Assembly: GCA_041665545.1 (NCBI GenBank)
Contig: JBAYIQ010000002.1
Span: 66,369-130,368, forward strand
Source of the DNA: Patescibacteria group bacterium
GTDB lineage: Bacteria; Patescibacteriota; Patescibacteriia; UBA1558; GWA2-36-10
Direction of reading: 5' to 3'
Length of the DNA: 64,000 bases
The notes under the pieces were generated by a model. The model saw only the letters and a list, made by a program, of their open reading frames with translations. It ran no database searches and had not been told where the DNA came from. Positions 60,910 to 64,000 of the stretch are shown in pieces. The translations under genes and the position numbers were made by a program. Every line of letters starts with the position of its first letter. The first letter of the stretch is position 1.

Positions 60910-62211
60910 ATGAAAAGAATACTAAGTATGCTAGCGATATTAGTAGTCGTAATCTGGACTGCCTCCTTGGCTAACACTGCTGAGGCCACAAACTACACCC
61001 TAGCCCAAGTGCAAACTCACAATACCAGCACTGACTGCTGGACAATAGTAAATAATAAAGTCTACAACTTGACGAGCTACATAGCTCTACATCCCGGTGG
61101 ATCAAGTGCTATCATAGCTTTGTGTGGCACCAATGGAACAACTGGCTTTACAACACAACACTCCAGCAGTACCAATCCCAACAACACACTAGCCAGCTAC
61201 TACATCGGCGATTTGACTGTTTTGGACACTAGCGCACCTACTATACCAACTAATCTGACAACCGCCACTATCTCACCTACTCAAATAAACCTAGCTTGGA
61301 CAGCGGCTACTGACAATGTCACTGTGACTGGTTATGCTATTTTTAGAGACGGCAGTGAGCTAGCCACAACCACCAATACTACTTTCCACAATACCGGACT
61401 CACGGCCTCAACTACCTATAGCTATCTGGTCAAAGCATTTGATGCTGCCGGAAATAGATCCGCTAGTTCCACAATAGCTTCCGCTACTACCTTGGCCACC
61501 TCTACTGACAGCACAACGCCATCAGTACCCACGAATTTGAGTGCCAATGTGATCTCGGCTACCCAAATAAACCTGAACTGGTCTACTTCTACAGACAATA
61601 TTGCAGTAACCGGCTACGCCATATTTAGAAACGGCACGGAAATTGCCAATGTACCAAATAATAACTTCAGTAATGTTGGCCTGACTGCCTCCACAAGCTA
61701 CAGCTATGTTGTCCAGGCCTATGATGCCGCTGGTAATCGATCGGCTAATTCTAATGTTGTGTCAGCCACCACCTTAGCCACATCCACTGACACTGTCAGC
61801 CCTAGCGCACCAAAAAAATTAAAAGCTCACCTTATTTCCTACAAACACATCAACCTAGAATGGAAAAAATCTAAAGATAATAAGAAAGTAGCTGGCTATA
61901 AAATCTACCGAAACGGCATTGAAATAGCGACGGTCAAAAATAACCACTACAATGACATTGGTTTGACTGCCTCAACCACCTATACCTACACTGTCAAGGC
62001 ATACGACAAGGCCGGAAATCTATCAGCTGCCTCCAATACCCTGACTGTCACTACTCGGGCAAAAAAAATCAAAGAATTTAAGCCAGTGAATCAAGATAAA
62101 CATGAAAATGAAGATAAGATTAACAAGAAAGATGATGATAAATTATCCAAGATTGAACAACTTAAAGATAAGATCAGTGCTAAAATAGAAAAAATCAAAA
62201 ATAAGAAATAA
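60910..62211 (+). CDS. Secreted cytochrome b5-like domain + 3 fibronectin type III domains
   Basis: HN..DCW..VYNLT.Y..HPGG; three PTNL/W/Y..GLTAST.Y.Y.V.A.D.AGN units. Confidence 0.92.
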   Translation: MKRILSMLAILVVVIWTASLANTAEATNYTLAQVQTHNTSTDCWTIVNNKVYNLTSYIALHPGGSSAIIALCGTNGTTGFTTQHSSSTNPNNTLASYYIGDLTVLDTSAPTIPTNLTTATISPTQINLAWTAATDNVTVTGYAIFRDGSELATTTNTTFHNTGLTASTTYSYLVKAFDAAGNRSASSTIASATTLATSTDSTTPSVPTNLSANVISATQINLNWSTSTDNIAVTGYAIFRNGTEIANVPNNNFSNVGLTASTSYSYVVQAYDAAGNRSANSNVVSATTLATSTDTVSPSAPKKLKAHLISYKHINLEWKKSKDNKKVAGYKIYRNGIEIATVKNNHYNDIGLTASTTYTYTVKAYDKAGNLSAASNTLTVTTRAKKIKEFKPVNQDKHENEDKINKKDDDKLSKIEQLKDKISAKIEKIKNKK

Positions 62212-62290
62212 AAACAAAGCTTGGCCACAATTTACTTACAAAAAACAACCCCTCGACTATGCTTGGGGTTGTTTTTTATAGCGTTCAAAT

Positions 62291-62464
62291 CTACATTCCT
62301 AAAAACTCCATCAGCTTGTAGACTAAAAATGCTGGCCAGACCAAGGCTTTTAAAAAACCAAGTAATCCCAGCCAAAAAGTGCTGGCATGCTGAATGTAAT
62401 AAACTAAGGTGCCCAAAAAAGCTAGGCCATAAACTCCGCTAGAAACTCCACTGCTTTTGCCCAT
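62291..62464 (-). CDS. 57-aa 2-TM small protein (below ORF-track cutoff)
   Basis: MGKSSGVSSGVYGLAFLGTLVYYIQHASTFWLGLLGFLKALVWPAFLVYKLMEFLGM. Confidence 0.7.
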   Translation of the reverse strand: MGKSSGVSSGVYGLAFLGTLVYYIQHASTFWLGLLGFLKALVWPAFLVYKLMEFLGM

Positions 62465-62496
62465 ATTTTTTATTTAATAATTTTAATTTAATGATA

Positions 62497-62742
62497 TCAA
62501 AACCAACCACTAGAATCAGCGCCTCTTTTGTAAACCCAATAAGTATCGTCTTTTTTGTACAATAAAGTATAGTTGTGCCCTTTGCCGTCTTCAAATGGAG
62601 CTGAGCCCTTTGCTTTAGCTTGCTCAAAAAATACTCTGCATTCTTCGATTTGAATATTGTATTCCAAATAATTAACCCCGTCCTTGGCATCCTCTTCACT
62701 ATATACCTTGTGGCCATGAACGTCTCTGGTATGAACTGACAT
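62497..62742 (-). CDS. Small hypothetical protein
   Basis: 81-aa ORF with typical AT-rich leader. Confidence 0.65.
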   Translation of the reverse strand: MSVHTRDVHGHKVYSEEDAKDGVNYLEYNIQIEECRVFFEQAKAKGSAPFEDGKGHNYTLLYKKDDTYWVYKRGADSSGWF

Positions 62743-62866
62743 AATATTAATAATTTAATAATATTAATTTAAGTATATCAAAAAACCATTCCGATTGGAA
62801 TGATTTTATTGAATCAAGCTTATTTCAATGAGACGCCTAGACGAATCATATATTCATCTATTTCCC

Positions 62867-63790
62867 TCATTCTTTATTGCTTAATTGCCCTAGTTCAAAA
62901 TCAAATTTTGTGCCCCTAATGGTCGTGGTTGCTGTCTTACCATTGGGATCAATATCTATCACAAAGCCCCCGCCTTTTTGTATGTTGAGATAATCTTCAG
63001 CGCTAGCAACCTGCCCTGTTTTTGACACTTCTACTTTGAAAAACGGGCCCATATTATCTCGGTGCGATACTACCCAGACAAGTACTCTCTTGCCCGGATG
63101 TTTTTCGTGCCAGGATCTTAAACCATTGGCCAAAACAGCTAAGTACCCATCTACTCTTTCAGCAATTTGTTCTGGCCCCTCGGCATTTAATTCTTGCCTT
63201 TTCTCTTCCTCCAACATTTCCTCAAAAGCAATCCAAAACATACGGCCTGTTCCGTATTTATCTCGAAGAAAATCAGCAAACTCTGGTGAATCTTTTAAAA
63301 ACTTCAGATCTTGTAGCCGAGAGATCTCAAATGGTTTACGATGACCATCTTTTTTATTTGGTTTATTCATTAGCTGATCTTCACTCAGACCATATTTCTG
63401 CAAAGCTAGCTCAGCCTCCGCCAAAACAATCTCCGCCGATTCTACACCTCTTTTTCTGTCACTCTGCAAGCCGGTTTCTGTCAGCAACCTAGTGCTGGCG
63501 CCTATGACCATGATTACTGTGCCCAGACGCTCTTCCTCCGGAACCATAGCTAGTGTTTCCTCGAAAAATTTTCTAGCAATCTCCTGCTCCTGTGTTCTTG
63601 CCTCAGGAGTGAGAGCGCCTACTTCTACGAGCCCCGTATCCTCCCCGCGATAATCCGGTACATTGCACTGCAAGACCATGGCCGTACCCTCGACTTTGGG
63701 GACAACAGGCCCAATGTCGGCTGGGGCGATCTCTCTGATTATCACTCCTGACTCGGCACCAGAATTAAATTTTTGTGAAATTTCGTTCAT
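62867..63790 (-). CDS. Hypothetical protein, possibly histidine-phosphatase fold
   Basis: E..EQIAERV and VLVWVVSH; no RHG motif. Confidence 0.6.
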   Translation of the reverse strand: MNEISQKFNSGAESGVIIREIAPADIGPVVPKVEGTAMVLQCNVPDYRGEDTGLVEVGALTPEARTQEQEIARKFFEETLAMVPEEERLGTVIMVIGASTRLLTETGLQSDRKRGVESAEIVLAEAELALQKYGLSEDQLMNKPNKKDGHRKPFEISRLQDLKFLKDSPEFADFLRDKYGTGRMFWIAFEEMLEEEKRQELNAEGPEQIAERVDGYLAVLANGLRSWHEKHPGKRVLVWVVSHRDNMGPFFKVEVSKTGQVASAEDYLNIQKGGGFVIDIDPNGKTATTTIRGTKFDFELGQLSNKE

Positions 63791-63792
63791 AA

Positions 63793-63999
63793 TTAAAATT
63801 TTATTTTTGTGGGTTTTATCAGGCCCTTCTTTTTTAATCCGCTATATTGTTCTCTTATCTCATCCGCTCGATCGAGCATAGCTTGTTTATCCCAAATATA
63901 CGGATCATAATCCGGACCATGGACAACACGATCAATTTCGGCTGGTGGCTTCATAAAACTCTGGGTAATGACTTTGAATTTTTCACCTTTTTCATTTAT
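63793..63999 (-). CDS. 3' end of a hypothetical protein starting outside the window
   Basis: Open frame from window edge to TAA at 63793. Confidence 0.6.
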   Translation of the reverse strand: MNEKGEKFKVITQSFMKPPAEIDRVVHGPDYDPYIWDKQAMLDRADEIREQYSGLKKKGLIKPTKIKF

Positions 64000-64000
64000 G

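Noticed and set aside
1-64000. Alternative genetic code (UGA=Gly) or prophage
   Set aside because: Conserved genes are full-length in code 11, and no phage structural or replication genes are seen.

Overview
AT-rich chromosomal segment of a genome-reduced bacterium using genetic code 11. Gene style, SD-less housekeeping starts and the repeat families suggest Patescibacteria/CPR (inference). It carries housekeeping genes (leuS with an internal Nudix domain, infB-rbfA, nrnA, clpP, 6S RNA-rny-ymdB-hup, comM, lspA, dksA-like, pnp, rpsO, purA), metal transporters (NRAMP, MgtA, CorA), an ECF sigma/MacAB-like module, large secreted FN3 proteins and seven intact tRNAs. Six tRNAs have C34 anticodons and one is the rare Ile-UAU. 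The most unusual signals: (1) partial tRNA copies beside the intact tRNAs, four with the same double-hairpin element at the identical T-loop position (GTT^CRA); (2) a ~385-nt ORF-less, highly structured transcript with a near-consensus sigma70 promoter at 31.64-32.03 kb; (3) scattered GC-richer, Shine-Dalgarno-led genes in an otherwise SD-less genome; (4) a catalytically degenerate Xer-like recombinase with an in-frame palindrome insertion, bracketed by inverted REP-like elements. All calls are by eye, with no database searches or folding programs.
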